Source: Squalus acanthias
Taxonomy: Eukaryota
NCBI GenBank assembly: GCA_030390025.1
Contig: CM059432.1
Coordinates: 144,212,001 to 144,276,000, forward strand
Direction of reading: 5' to 3'
Length of the DNA stretch: 64,000 bases
The notes under the pieces were generated by a model. That model saw nothing but the letters and a program-made list of their open reading frames with translations, did no database searches and was not told where the DNA came from. A program made the translations under genes and the position numbers. Numbering within the stretch: position 1 is the stretch's first letter; each line of letters opens with the position of its first letter. Shown piece by piece: positions 12,547 through 23,555 of the stretch.

Positions 12547-14220
12547 TAATCCCACTTTCCAGCTCTTGGTCCATAACCTTGTAGGTTACGGCACTTCAAG
12601 TGCATATCCAAGTACTTTTTAAATGTTTCTGCCTCTACCACCCTTTCAGGCAGTGAGTTCCAGACCCTCACCACCCTCTGGGTGAAAAAGGTTCTCCTCA
12701 ACGCCCCTCTATTCCTTCTACCAATTACTTTAAATCTATGCCCCCTGGTTATTGACCTCTCTGCTAAGGGAAATAGGTTCTTCCTATCCACTCTATCTAG
12801 GCCCCTCATAATTTTATACACCTCAATTAAGTCTCCCCTCAGCCTCCATTGTTCCAAAGAAAATAACTCCAGCCAACCAATCTTTCTCATAGCTAAAATT
12901 CTCCAGTCCTGGCAACATCCTCGTAAATCTTCTCTGTACCCTCTCTAGTGCTATTACATCTTTCCTGTAATGTAGTGACCAGAACTGTACACAGCACTCT
13001 AGCTGTGGCTTAACTAGTGTTTTATACAGCTCAAGCATAACCTCCCTGCTCTTATATTCTATGCCTCGGCTAATAAAGGAAAGTATCCTGTATGCCTTCT
13101 TAACTGCCTTATCTACCTGTCCTGCTATCTTCAGGGATCTGTGGACATGCACTCCAAGGTCTCTCTGTTCCTCTACACTTCTCAGTATCCTACCATTTAT
13201 CGTGTATTCCCTTGCCTTCTTAGCCCTCCCCAAATGCATTACCTCACACTTCTCCAGATTGAATTCCATTTGCCACTTTTCTGCCCACCTGACCAATCCA
13301 TTGATATCTTCCTATAGTCTACAGCTTTCTTTCATGCCCCCTACATTGAAGTCTAAATCATTGACATATACCACAAAAAGCAAGGATCTAGTATTGAGCC
13401 CTGCGGAACCCCACTGAAACAGCTTTCCAGTCACAAAAACACCGTCAGCCATTACCCTTTACTTCCTGCCACTGAGCCAATTTTGGATCCAACTTGCCAC
13501 TTTCCCTTGGATCCCATGGACTTTTACTTTTCTGACCAGTCTGCTATGTGGGACCTTGTCAAAAGCCTTGCAAAAATCCATGTAGACTACATCAAACGCG
13601 CTACCCTCGTCGACCCTCCTTGTTACCTCCTCAAAAAGTTTAATCAAGTTAGTCAGACACGACCCTCCCTTAACAAATCCATGCTGACTGCCCTTGATTA
13701 ATCTGTGCCTTTCTAAATGACTATTAATACTGTCCCTCAGAATTTTTTCCAATAATTTGCCCACCACAGAGGGTAGGTTGATTCTCCCTTTTTAAACAAT
13801 GGTACAATGTTAGCAGTCCTCCAATCCTCCAGCACCACACCTGTAGCCAGAGAGGATTGGAAAATGATGGTCAAAACCTCCGCTATTTCCTTCCTTGCTT
13901 CTCTTAACAACCTGTGATACATTTCATCCAGGCCTAGAGATTTATCTACTTTCAAAGATGCTAAACTTCTTAATACTTCCTCTCTCACTATGTTTATCTC
14001 ATCTAATATTTCACACTCCTCCTCCTTAATTACAACGTATGCATCGTACCTCTCTTTTGTGAAGATAGACGCAAAGTATTCATTAAGAACCATACCCATG
14101 TCTTCCACCTCCACGCACAGGTTACCTTTTTGGTATCTAATAGGCCCTACTCTTTCTTTAGTTATCCTCTTGCTCTTTACGTATTCATAAAACAATCTTT
14201 GGGTTTCCCTTGATGTTACT
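12547..14220 (-). mobile_element. CR1 LINE, degenerate ORF2 plus 3' end
   Basis: Overlapping minus-strand ORFs with CR1 RT and C-terminal motifs (QHGFVKGGSCLTNL, WQMEFN.EKCEVMH, RRLRGDLIEVYK). Confidence 0.95.
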
Positions 14221-14221
14221 T

Positions 14222-14512
14222 GAGTCTGCTTGCACGCTGGGTTTACTGGCGTGCTTAGGACCCAGCGCTGAACTCAGCGCAAAGGTCCAAGGTCGCCGTG
14301 GTGACGTTAAGTCAGTGTTGCACGCCGACTGATGTCACCACTACCTCATTTAAATCTGCAGGGCGATACATCTTAACGGCAGTGCTGATGGGCCTGGGAA
14401 AATGGAGGACGCCATGGGACCCACCACCAGCTGGCGAAAGAGTGGCGGCTGCCCTCTTTTCGCCACTTTTTACCGTAATGGGTTTCGCAAAGTCCCCCCA
14501 ATTTTTTAGCCT
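14222..14512. mobile_element. Probable Harbinger-type subterminal/terminal fragment
   Basis: GC-rich segment ending CAATTTTTTAGCC, resembling the other TIR ends; may be the far end of the 11890 remnant. Confidence 0.4.
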
Positions 14513-14630
14513 AAAGGAGATTGGTCAGGTCGGATCTTCACTGTCTAAAGCTGTGTTGACTGCTATTTATTAGGTTGTTGTTGTATCGATAATCCTCAAG
14601 TTTACCCCTGATAAACGACTGCCTTATTGT

Positions 14631-15095
14631 GTCAGCTGTGGCTCAGTGGGTAGCACACTTGCCTCTGCGTCAGAAGGTTGTGGGTTCAAGTCCCACTCCA
14701 GGGACTTCAGCACATAAATCTAGGCCGACAGTGCAGTGCTGAGGGAGTGCCGCACTGTCGGAGGTGCCGTCTTTCGGATGAGACGTTAAACCGAGGCCCC
14801 GTCTGCTCTCTCAGGTGGGCGTAAAAGATCCCATGGCACTATTTCAAAGAAGAGCAGGGGAGTTATCCCTGGTGTCCTGGCCAATATTTATCCCTCAATC
14901 AACACAACAAAAACAGATTATCTGGTCATTATCACGTTGCTGTTTGTGGGAGCTTGCTGTGCGCAAATTGGCTGCAGCGTTTCCTACATTACAACAGTGA
15001 CTACACTCCAAAAAAGTACTTCATTGGCTGTAAATCACTTTGAGACGTCCGGTGGTCGTGAAAGGCGCTATGGAAATGCAAGTCTTTCTTTCTTT
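14631..15095 (+). mobile_element. Full-length tRNA-derived DeuSINE (SacSINE1-like)
   Basis: A box TGGCTCAGTGG (~14639), B box GGTTCAAGTCCC (~14683), central domain, and L2-like tail AAAGGCGCTAT..AAATGCAAGTCTTTC. Partial copies near 25150, 25580, 27330, 29470, 42200, 44205, 46105(-), 52285(-), 56480(-), 59785 and 61420(-). Confidence 0.85.
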
Positions 15096-15100
15096 TACCA

Positions 15101-15189
15101 AAATGAGAAGTCGCACAACACCAGGTTATAGTCCAATAGTTTTATTTAAAATTACGAGCTTTCGGAGCTGCTGCTCCTTCATCAGGTAG
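15101..15189 (-). mobile_element. Short PLE 3'-terminal fragment (family A) with hammerhead motif
   Basis: Near-identical to 18711-18795 in reverse orientation. Confidence 0.85.
15152..15189 (-). ncRNA. Minimal type-I hammerhead ribozyme motif
   Basis: TAC-CTGATGA-A-GGAGC-AGCA-GCTCC-GAAA-GC-TC-GTA. Confidence 0.75.
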
Positions 15190-17020
15190 AGGTCTTTTAT
15201 CTGGGATTGAAGTAAGACTGGTGGGTCCCTGGTGCCTGTGTCTGTTTAGTTCCTCCTTCCTGAATATAGGCATCACATTAGTCCGTGGAAGCAAGTTTGA
15301 ACTGTCAGCACAAAACAAAGGACATAAATATAAAATTTAAAAAAGCCTGATGCAAAATTTAAAATTTAAAGGATTTTTTTCCCCTGGAGGTGTGGGTCTG
15401 GAACAAAGAACTCTCAGATGAAACAGTTAAAGTGTTGTGTCGACTAACATCTTCATAAAAGAGCTGGATAAAGCTCAGGTGATGATTGGGAGTAACTGAT
15501 ACATACAGAGCAGGAGGTGTTAGCTCAGACTGTGTGGACATAATGGTGCAATAATTGGCTTCACCAGATTAGGGAGGTGACAATTGACTTGGACTCGATC
15601 TACCCTAATCCCATTTCCCTGCCCTTTCCCCGTAGCCATTTATATTTTTCCTTTCAAGTCTTTATTCAATTCCCTTTTAAATGTCCTAGTTTCTGCCTCA
15701 ATAGCGACTTCAGGTAAAGATTCCACGTTCTCACAGTTCCCTGAGTGAAAACATTACGTTATTTGAGTGATAATCCCCAGTCTAAACCCCCTTCATAACC
15801 AGTGGGAACAATCTTTCACTGTTTACCCCCTCGCACCTTTTACAAGTTTAAAACCCTCTCATCAGTTGTCAGTTGCTGTTGTTTGTTGATGTTTGTACCT
15901 CCGTGTAAAGAGATTACAGTTTCTCTGCTGGCAAACTAATGGCTCCTGATGTCTGCGCAGCCTCCAAACTAATGGTGATTCTCCAATTGCACTCCCTGTG
16001 TTTAGTAATTACTCCTGGCACAGAGCAAGGCATTTTGGACAAGAGATAGGACAGGTGCAGTGCTGGGTCTGCTTCGAGATCTTTCTGTCTGATCAGTGGA
16101 TGAAAGACATGATCTTCTTTGGATAGAAGACCAGGACTGTTTATAAAAATGGCCCTTCCCAACCATTAGTTACTAATTAAATTCATTGTACCAAATATTA
16201 TTAGGTTATGGGAGAAGCTAAAGGGAAGCTATTTAACTTTCAACAACCTCAGATCAATCAAATGTTTAGCGCAAAACAGGTTTGTCAGAAAAGCAGGAAT
16301 CCTTCAAAACAAAACAAAATTTAGAATAACAGGATCCTGAAAATAGACTAATCGGATTATATCAGATTTGCAGATTCTGTACGTAGAGCTGACTGACTGA
16401 ATTAGTTCTTTCTGTCGATCTTCATATGGCTTTTACTGAAACATGTTTCCAGATCTATAATTGCTTGGTAGTCCTGCAGAGAATATAAATTTCTAATTTG
16501 CATATTTGTTCCTATTTAGTTTGTAATATTTAAAATATGTTGCACCACAAGTATGCTAAAATTAAATCTTGAATCTCCCACTGGGAACTCTAAAATCGAT
16601 CTTCTGTAACCCTTAATCATAGAATCATAGAATAGTACAGCACAGAAGGAGGCTATTCGGCCCATCGAGTCTGCGCTGGCTCTCGAAGAGCAATCCAGTT
16701 AGTCCCACTCCCCCGCTCTTTCCCAATATCCCAGCAATTTTTTTCTCCTTCAAGTATTTATCCAATTCCCTTTTAATGGCGACTATTGAATCTATATCCA
16801 CCACCCTATCAGGCAGTGCATTCCAAATCCTAACCACTCGTTGTGTAAAAAAGATTTTCCTCATGTCGACTCTGGTTCTTTTGCCAATCACCTTAAATCT
16901 GTGGCCTCTCGTTATCGGCCCCTTCAGCCATTGAAAACAATTTCTCCTTGTTTACTCTATCTAAACCTTTCATGAGAAGTCGCACAACACCAGGTTATAG
17001 TCCAACAGATTTATTTAATT

Positions 17021-17058
17021 TTACAAGCTTTCGGAGCTGTCGCTCCTTCCTCAGGTAA
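17021..17058 (-). ncRNA. Hammerhead motif in the inverted PLE arm
   Basis: Reverse complement of 18711-18748. Confidence 0.75.
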
Positions 17059-17664
17059 GTTAGCAGTGAGAGAATCTCCCAGAATTCACAATTTAAACAC
17101 AGACAAAATCTATTCAAATATTTCCCTACATCAAAGACACACTAAGAGCACAGCCAAGACAATGAGATGTGTCCCAGGGGGTCCAACGTGTCAAACCACC
17201 TGCTGGCTGCATATCCTGTCAATTTGTGTTGGTTGTGTTAGTCTTTTTAAAAAAAAAACCACCTGGGAAGACCGGCCATGATGTCAAGTCACGTTCTGTA
17301 TCGTGACATGAACCCGATATCGCGATTGAGGCCATCCTCATGAGTGCGGAACTTGGCTATCAGTTTCTGCTCTATGATTTTGCGCTGTCGTGTATCCCGA
17401 AGGCCGCCCTGGAGAACGCTTACCCGCAGATCCGAGGCTGAATGCCCCTGGCTGCTGAAGTGTTCCCCAACTGGAAGGGAACCCTCCTGCCTGGCGATTG
17501 TTGCGCGGTGTCCGTTCATACGTTGTCTCAGTGTCTGCATGGTCTCGCCGATGTACCATGCTCTGGAGCATCCTTTACTGCAACGTATCAGGTAGACAAC
17601 GTTGGCCGAGTCACATGAGTATGTACCGTGTACCTGGTGGGTAGTGTCCTCACGTGTGATGATG

Positions 17665-18477
17665 GTACACAGGATCTGCTCAGACGAGGAGGAACGCGAT
17701 GGACACCTACGGACACTGAAAGACGCCCTCGTAAGAACAGGATATGACGCTCGACTCGTCGATCGACAGTTCCGACGGGCCACAGCGAAAAACCGCATAG
17801 ACCTCCTCAGAAGACGAACACGGGACACAACCAACAGAGTACCCTACGTCGTCCAGTACTACCCCGGAGCGGAAAAACTACGCCATGTTCTTCGCAGCCT
17901 TCAACATGTCATCGATGACGACGAACACCTTGCTAAGGCCATCCCCACGCCTCCACTACTCGCCTTCAAGCAGCCGCCTAACCTCAAAAGTACCATCGTT
18001 CGCAGCAGATTACCCATCTTTCAGGAGAACAGCAACCAAGACACCACACAACCCTGCCACGGCAACCTCTGCAAGACATGCCAAATCATGGACACAGATA
18101 CCATCATCACACGTGAGGACACTACGCACCAGGTACACGGTACATACTCATGTGACTCGGCCAACGTTGTCTACCTGATACGTTGCAGTAAAGGATGCTC
18201 CAGAGCATGGTACATTGGCGAGACCATGCAGACACTGAGACAACGTATGAACGGACACCGCGCAACAATCACCAGGCAGGAGGGTTCCCTCCCAGTCGGG
18301 GAACACTTCAGCAGCCAGGGGCATTCAGCCTCGGATCTGCGGGTAAGCGTTCTCCAGGGCGGCCTTCGGGATACACGACAGCGCAAAATCATAGAGCAGA
18401 AACTGATAGCCAAGTTCCGCACTCATGAGGATGGCCTCAATCGCGATATCGGGTTCATGTCACGATACAGAACGTGA
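17665..18477 (+). CDS. PLE ORF C-terminal part: RT thumb/linker, Cys-rich linker, GIY-YIG endonuclease (5'-truncated)
   Basis: RICS..L...GY, FKQPPNLKSTIVRS, PCHGNLCKTC, NVVYLIRC..C...YIGET..LRQRMNGH, EHF, EQKLI..F.T...GLNRD. Confidence 0.9.
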   Translation, partial: VHRICSDEEERDGHLRTLKDALVRTGYDARLVDRQFRRATAKNRIDLLRRRTRDTTNRVPYVVQYYPGAEKLRHVLRSLQHVIDDDEHLAKAIPTPPLLAFKQPPNLKSTIVRSRLPIFQENSNQDTTQPCHGNLCKTCQIMDTDTIITREDTTHQVHGTYSCDSANVVYLIRCSKGCSRAWYIGETMQTLRQRMNGHRATITRQEGSLPVGEHFSSQGHSASDLRVSVLQGGLRDTRQRKIIEQKLIAKFRTHEDGLNRDIGFMSRYRT

Positions 18478-18710
18478 CTTGACATCATGGCCGGTCTTCC
18501 CAGGTGGTTTTTTTTTTTTTAAAAAGACTAACACAACCAACACAAATTGACAGGATATGCAGCCAGCAGGTGGTTTGACACGTTGGACCCCCTGGGACAC
18601 ATCTCATTGTCTTGGCTGTGCTCTTAGTGTGTCTTTGATGTAGGGAAATATTTGAATAGATTTTGTCTGTGTTTAAATTGTGAATTCTGGGAGATTCTCT
18701 CACTGCTAAC

Positions 18711-18748
18711 TTACCTGAGGAAGGAGCGACAGCTCCGAAAGCTTGTAA
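18711..18748 (+). ncRNA. Minimal type-I hammerhead ribozyme motif in the PLE 3' UTR
   Basis: TTAC-CTGAGGA-A-GGAGC-GACA-GCTCC-GAAA-GC-TT^GTAA; stem I TTAC/GTAA, stem II GGAGC/GCTCC, palindromic stem III AAGCTT. Confidence 0.8.
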
Positions 18749-19111
18749 AATTAAATAAATCTGTTGGACTATAACCTGGTGTGCGACTTCTCATTTTTGT
18801 CCACCCCAGTCCAACGCCGGCATCTCCACATCATAAACCTTTCATGATTTTGAACACCTCTATCAAATCTCGTCTTAGCCTTCTCTGCTCCAAGAAGAAC
18901 AACCCCAGCTTCTCTAGTCTATTCACGTAACTGCATTCCCTATCCCTGGAACCATTCTAGTAAATCTCTTCTGTATCCTCTCCAAAGCCTTCATGTCCTT
19001 CCTAAAGTGCGGTGCCCAGAATTGGACTCAATACTCCATCTGGGGCCAAATTAATGTTTTATATAGGTTTAGCATAACTTGCTGGCTTTTGTACTCTATG
19101 CCTCTATTTAT

Positions 19112-19332
19112 AAAAATGAGAAGTCGCACAACACCAGGTTATAGTCCAACAGATTTATTTAATTTTACAAGCTTTCGGAGCTGTTCGCTCCTTCTTCAGA
19201 CCCTACCTGAAGAAGGAGCGAACAGCTCCGAAAGCTTGTAAAATTAAATAAATCTGTTGGACTATAACCTGGTGTTGTGCGACTTCTCATTTTTGTCCAC
19301 CCCAGTCCAACGCCGGCATATCCACATCATGA
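19112..19332. mobile_element. Non-coding palindromic PLE mini-element with two back-to-back hammerhead cores
   Basis: 88-bp arms 19112-19199 and 19207-19294, 7-nt spacer, then the same tail; CCTCTATTTATAAA duplicated at 19101-19114 and 19333-19346. Confidence 0.9.
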
Positions 19333-19345
19333 CCTCTATTTATAA

Positions 19346-19780
19346 ATGCGGAGATGCCGGTGTTGGACTGGGGTGGACAAAATTGTTATAGTCCAACAGT
19401 TTTATTTTAAATCACAAGCTTTCGGAGTTACAACTCCTTCGTCGGGTGAAGTGAGGAGATACAGAATCGTCAAAGCATATATAGGTAGAGAACAATGCAT
19501 GTATAACTTACAATTGCAGACAACTGAATTCAATCATCCTGACTGTTTATCTGCCGAGGTGTGATAAAGTTAATCAGGTCAGCCAGGAAGGTACCACATC
19601 AAAGACATAGCAAGATACAACTGAGACAATTAGGTGGAATCGCATGGGGTCTAACGTGTCAAAAGCTGCCGTCTGTATGTAAAACGATTAACTTTAAAAT
19701 TTTTACTTTTTTACTGGGAATCACATCTGTGAACAAGCCAACGACGACTCGAGTCCGGATTTATTTATTTATTTATTTAT
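19346..19780 (-). mobile_element. Third PLE 3' fragment (diverged subfamily) with a hammerhead variant at 19412-19449
   Basis: Tail, then TCAC-CCGACGA-A-GGAGT-TGTA-ACTCC-GAAA-GC-TT-GTGA, then ~330 bp of putative UTR and (TTTA)n; TATTTATAAA repeated at 19781-19790. Confidence 0.8.
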
Positions 19781-20419
19781 TATTTATAAAGCCCAGGATC
19801 CCATATGCTTTATTAACTGCTTTCTTAACCTGTCCTGCCAAGTTCAAAGGTTTGTGCAGAAGCACCCCCAGGTCTTTCTGTTCTTGCACCCACTTTAAAA
19901 TTGTGCCATTTAGTGTGTACGGTCTCTCCTCATTCTTCCTACCCAAATGTATCTCTTCACACTTCTCTGTGTTGAATTTCATCTGCTATGTGTCCGCCCA
20001 TTCCACCAGCTTGTCTATGTCTTCTTGAAGTCAATACTAGCTTCCTCACTGTTTACTACACTTCCGTGTCATCTGCAAATTTCGAAATTGTGAAATCTCC
20101 GATACTACAAAATATTAGAGGTGATCTGGGGCTCACTGGGGAAACAGTGACCAAGGAAATGTATCTCAGGAACTGGGTGCAAAGCCTGTGATTTTCTCTC
20201 GAGGTAATCTCTCTGTGAGTGCCCGACTGTGGAATTACCCCAGGGTCCGTGTGTAGTAAAGAACCGACAACAAGCGCCCTCACTATGACACCTCATCACT
20301 GAAACACACCTTTATGTAAGGTTCCCAGATATAGTGCAATATCCACTGTACCAAACTATTTATCAAAGTGTGTCTGCTTCGAGGATTAACTAAATGCTCA
20401 TTAAATTGAATAACATAAT

Positions 20420-21179
20420 GGCCCAGAAATTCGGCTCCCTGGCTTCCCGCGGGTGCAAGGATCGCGCGCGCACCTACCTACCGCGCCTGCCGCTGACCTC
20501 TGGGCCCACGGGGACTTCAGCTCCTGGGCCTCCTGCAGCTGCCGGCGCGCAGTGCTTGTGTATCCCAGGGGCGTAGTTAGTGCGATGCGTCCCCTGGGAT
20601 CACGTGGGCCATGGAGAGCCAATGGCAGCAGACCATCTTTCATTCACAGATTTGACAGGAAGACGTCAAATCTATGAATTGAAATCGGCTCCAAAACAAC
20701 ACCTAAACTTCAAATAAATTTTTTTTAAAACCATCACATTTTTAAAATAACTATGGTTAAATAAATTAACTACTTTAAACAAAAATTTAAATTTTGGAAA
20801 AATTTAAATGCTTTTTAACAGTGCTAAAAATAAACTTACCTTTCTTTAAAGTATCTAAAAAAGATAAACCTGTTGAAAAATTTTTTAATTGTAATTAATT
20901 AACCACTTACCTTGTTAAAAACAGGTCTTGCGCCTCCTTTTTAAAAGCGCAGCTTCTTCATACTTACCCTCCCAGAGAAACCTGAAAAAAACCCGAAGCT
21001 CGCTGCGTGCGCGCAGCCTCTCCCGCGCACGCGGTTCACCTATGAACCGCCCCCTTCACCAGACCGGAAGTTCCGGTTTCCCGCGCATGCGCAGTGCATG
21101 CAGGAAACCGGCACTTCAGGTGGCCTTACGGGTGAGTACACAGCGCGTACTCACCCGGCAAGTGCCGAATTTTTGGCCC
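20420..21179. mobile_element. Non-autonomous Harbinger-type MITE
   Basis: TIRs GGCCCAGAAATTCGGC / GCCGAATTTTTGGCCC (14/16 match), flanks AAT/ATT, CpG-rich ends around an AT-rich core. Confidence 0.8.
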
Positions 21180-21669
21180 ATTACTGCAGAAATCTGAAAC
21201 GAAGAACAGAAAATGCTGGAAACACTCAGCAGATCAGACAATGTCTGTACCAGAAAGGAAAATTGTTGTAGTTTCAAGCAGACCCTTCACCAGTTCTGCT
21301 GCTGCCTGACTTGGTGTTTCCAGCACCTTTTGCTTTTGACCACCGCACACTACTAGCTTAGATAAACCACTTGGGGAAATATGCTCCACTTCTGGAAAGG
21401 AAGGTGTTAATCTCCTTTTACATTGTAGAACTAAACATTGACAACTTGAAGTGGATTTCTCCTCTGTTTCCCACTGTGTGTTGTAAAATGTTTATCTGCA
21501 TGTATAATCAGCACCAAATCCCAGCCTCCCACGTGCTCTTGTAATGATGCTCATTTCTCATTTCTCAAATGCCTCGACACTTGAAGTTGTATAAACAAGT
21601 GGCACAGACAGAGATACAGATACAGTCAGTGATGCCCTGTATCTTGGGGAAATGAGCAGTAAGGTAAAA

Positions 21670-21765
21670 TTAAAATAAAAACAGGAATTGCTGGAAATAC
21701 TCAGCATCTGTGGAGAGAGAAACAGAGTTCACGTTTCAGGTCAATGACCTTTGATCAGAACTGGT
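21670..21765 (-). mobile_element. PLE-type terminus family B with decayed hammerhead; an older copy lies at ~21185-21335
   Basis: AGTT-CTGATCA-A-AGGTC-ATT-GACCT-GAAA-CG-TG-AACT (G8 and H17 mutated). Confidence 0.65.
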
Positions 21766-22435
21766 AAAGCTGTAACTGCTGCTATTGCTGGTTGCTTTGC
21801 GTAGTATTCTGTGCTGTCCCCTTGTAGATACCAGGAATCACCTCAGCCATAAACGTTAAGGGCAGTGGTGCCCATCTCTGCCCCTGGGAGCGCCCCTATA
21901 GGTCTTGTGTACCAGATGGCATCACTCATTCGCAGTGTTACTCATCATTCACCGCTCCTCTGTGAGGTTCAGTAGCTGACTCTGTTCTCTTTTGCTTTTG
22001 GGTAGTTTTTGCTCTCAGTGGATAGTCTTCTGTGCAATCGACGCTTCTCGATCCACCTCTCTTGCCATATCAATACTATGATGTATCCAACAAACTTCCC
22101 TACACCTATTCTATGAAGCTCAAAGGATTGTTCCGTCAAAATCTTCCATCAATATAATAACTCCAGCTCTGTGTGTCAGTTAGAACTCCATAGTCCTTTA
22201 GATTCTACTCATCATACTATTTTTCACGATAGGTCATTAACAAAACTTTAATAAGCCGTAACCAGCAATTATTTGTTTACCAAAGACAACACGTATTTTT
22301 GAGAAATCTGCATAATAAAAGAAATGGCCGTAACATCTTAAAAAACAGGTTCCTACTTCTTTTAACACACAAAGAGGGAAAATATATCCCACAGTGATCA
22401 GTTTCTTGATCGAAAAACCAATGGTTGATTGACTC

Positions 22436-23020
22436 AGTTTCTCCAATGTCCAGTAATGTCTCTCCAATGTCCAGTGATGTCTCTCCAATGCCCAGTGATG
22501 TCTCTCCAATGTCCAGTGATGTCTCTCCAATGTCCAGTGATGTCTCTCCAATGTCCAGTGATGTCTCTCCAATGTCCAGTGATGTCTCTCCAATGTCCAG
22601 TGATGTCTCTCCAATGCCCAGTGATGTCTCTCCAATGTCCAGTGATGTCTCTCCAATGTCCAGTGATGTCTCTCCAATGTCCAGTGATGTCTCTCCAACG
22701 TCCAGTGATGTCTCTCCAATGTCCAGTGATGTCTCTCCAATGTCCAGTGATGTCTCTCCAATGTCCAGTGATGTCTCTCCAATGTCCAGTGATGTCTCTC
22801 CAATGTCCAGTGATGTCTCTCCAATGTCTAGTGATGTCTCTCCAATGCCCAGTGCTATTTCTCCAATGCCCAGTGATGTCTCTCCAATGTCCATTGATGT
22901 CTCTCCAATGTCCAGTGATGTCTCTCCAATGTCCAGTAATGTCTCTCCAATGTTCAGTGATGTTGTCTCTCTAATGTCCAGTGCTATTTCTCCATTGTCC
23001 AGTGATGTTGTCTCTCCAAG
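22436..23020. repeat. 21-bp minisatellite TCTCCAATGTCCAGTGATGTC, ~27 copies
   Basis: Direct tandem repeats. Confidence 0.97.
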
Positions 23021-23555
23021 GTCCAACGGCAATAGGTTTACTGGAGGACCTGAAGACTCCTCTACTGAGTTGTCTTCCAGAATTTTGATCATCATATTGC
23101 AGAACAGAAACCACTGTTGGATACAATTCCAAAAACTTCCATCAGTCATCTGTAATCATGAACATTCTAAGGATTTTTTTTCTCATGCAAAGAAATCAGT
23201 CATTTGTTTTGTGAGAAAACAAATTCTCTCAGTGTGGTCACAAGCTGAGCTAACAAGAGAAACAGTTCCGTCTGTTTCAATCCCACAGCTGATGAGCAAT
23301 TTCTCTTTGTATTGTATTTAGTTAAAGTCTGTAACTGTGAAGCAGTCTTCTGCCCAGAGTGCACCCGCGTGCCTGCTGTAAGGAAGTGGTGTTGAAAGCC
23401 AGACATTTACTTAAAAGGAGCCATGATTATTTTAGGATTAAACATTGGCTGCCAAAATCTGAACTGTATGTATGAAAGAAATATTTTAAAAGCGTATTAA
23501 ACATCAGGAATCCTCGGTGGAATTGACATTTAACAGAAGAATATACTGCACATAC

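Larger units (their letters stand above)
16972..18833 (+). mobile_element. 5'-truncated Penelope-like retroelement (Neptune-like) with inverted partial repeat
   Basis: Arm 16972-17667 is the reverse complement of 18099-18794. A ~40-nt tail follows. TAAACCTTTCATGA is duplicated at 16962-16975 and 18834-18847. Confidence 0.93.
16616..20095 (-). mobile_element. CR1 LINE 3' part split into 16616-16975, 18834-19114 and 19781-20095 by three PLE insertions
   Basis: CR1 peptides are collinear across the pieces, and the junctions are bounded by duplicated target sequences. Confidence 0.9.

Noticed and set aside
14631-14705. tRNA gene
   Set aside because: The A/B boxes belong to a SINE head that continues into a multi-copy SINE body
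17289-17834. Separate 181-aa minus-strand gene
   Set aside because: It is the inverted duplicate of the PLE endonuclease fused to antisense sequence
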